Source: Phaeosaccion multiseriatum (taxonomy: Eukaryota; Protista; Ochrophyta, other classes). Taken from it: DNA of 64,000 nucleotides. Both the position numbers and the translations under genes were made by a program. This document shows, one piece after another, positions 62,732 to 64,000 of the stretch; the stretch's first letter is position 1, and each line of letters begins with the position of its first letter. The stretch covers positions 2,852,001 through 2,916,000 of the forward strand of contig OZ218951.1 of assembly GCA_965112735.1 (NCBI GenBank), written 5' to 3'. Under the pieces are notes generated by a model. That model was not told the DNA's origin. It saw only the letters and a program-made list of their open reading frames with translations, and ran no database searches.

Positions 62732-64000
62732 TGTGTGTTTGCACGTGTGTATGTGTGTGCGCGCGCGTGTGTGTGCGTGGGCGGCCTTAGGCTGTGGGTG
62801 ATCCAGCCCCACACACCTACCCTCCTTGCCTTCCCCCTCCCTCTCCTGCCTCCCACTACCCACCCACTCACCCACCCACTCACCCACCCACCCACTCACC
62901 CACCCACCCACTCACCCACCCACCCACCCACTTACCCACCCCCTCACCCACCCACCCACCCATCTACCCACCTACCCACCCACATATTATTATATATATT
63001 TATATATATAACAATATCCCACCCACCCACCCACCCACCAGTGTTGGAGCGACCCCACGTGCCCGTCCGGCCCCGGCTGCTACACGGACATCAATGGCCG
63101 GTCGTGCCGCTACTGTGGTTGGGGTCCTTACCGTGATTGCGGCAGCACCGCCGCCTCTGGAGGAGGAGGAGCGCCCACTCAACCATCACCAACGCCAACG
63201 CCACCAACGCCAACCCCACCAACGCCAACGCCACCAACGCCAACGCCACCAACGACGTCTACTGCCGGTGGGAATACTGGAGGTGATGGGGATTGCGTCT
63301 GCACCGGCATGTTGCCCGGTGGCATCCAACAGAGGGTAAGAGAGAGAGAGCAAAAAGGGTTGACAGACGCACATGCTCACGCGCACGCACGCGCACGTAC
63401 ACACACAAACCGCACACTGCCTTCAACTCACCCCTCCGCCCTGCCTTTGCCTGTCTCCCTCCCTCCCCCTCTCCCTCCCTCTCTCCCTCCCCTCCCTCCC
63501 TCCCTCTCTCCCTCCCCTCGCAGTGCCATACCGATATCACGTGCCTGAACGGTGGCCTCGGTTGCTTCAACAGCAGGCAGGGCACCTCGACATGTCGCTT
63601 TTGTGGCAACGGGGGCCTCCGCGATTGCCCAGCAGGAGGCTCTGCTCCTACTCCGGCTGCTCCTACTCCGGCTGCTCCTACTCCAGCTGCTCCTACTCCG
63701 GCTGCTCCCGCCCCACCTGCTCCACCAGCAGGTATAGGAATGCTTACGTAATGCTTACGCGCTTTTGGTTGGGTGTGCTATGCTTCTTTCGCTTCCCTTT
63801 TCCTCCCTTCCTTCCTTCCTTCCTCGGCCTGCCTGTCACTCACCTTGTCTGTGCGTGTGTGTTCTTGCTCAGGTGGTGGCGGCTCCTGCCTGTGTGACGG
63901 CTTCCGCCCGGGGCCAACAGGGGTCCTTCCTCTCACGGTAAGATCACATGCTTGCACAATACTGCAGTTGCCCTCATTGCAAGAGATCTCTCTCTGTATA
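60205..64000 (+). CDS. Secreted modular protein with two related N-terminal domains, Cys-rich repeats and Pro/Thr/Ala linkers; truncated by the window end
   Basis: Signal peptide VVPLLLLAAAPLSGQA|Q; modules CVCTG...|CWSDPTCPSGPGC...CRYCG and CVCTG...|CHTDITCLNGGLGC...CRFCG; PTPT and APTPA linkers. Confidence 0.7.

Overview
Eukaryotic nuclear DNA: GC-rich, intron-rich (GT-AG) and dense in microsatellites. It is most likely from a photosynthetic stramenopile (ochrophyte) with a flagellate stage, judged from bipartite plastid signals with an A|F motif and a DNAAF1-like gene. About 13 spliced genes can be assembled by eye, most as tight head-to-head pairs: GT8/IPUT1-like, DNAAF1-like, SKA1-like, plastid Cof-type HAD hydrolase, a signal-peptide-bearing proteasome beta2, type II peroxiredoxin, PROSER3-like, an MLO-like protein fused in frame to a voltage-sensor domain, an SLC35-like transporter, a PH/NB-ARC/TPR NLR-like protein, an unknown protein, a secreted Cys-repeat protein (runs off the right end) and a partial gene at the left end. 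Two short inverted-repeat (MITE-like) elements are present. The two strongest leads are (1) the MLO plus voltage-sensor fusion, a candidate voltage-regulated MLO channel, and (2) a 13-bp DNA word, CAGTTGGTGATAC, found as 9 exact and several near-exact copies, mostly in exons, on both strands and in different reading frames. All exon structures and family calls come from manual reading and remembered motifs; no searches were run.
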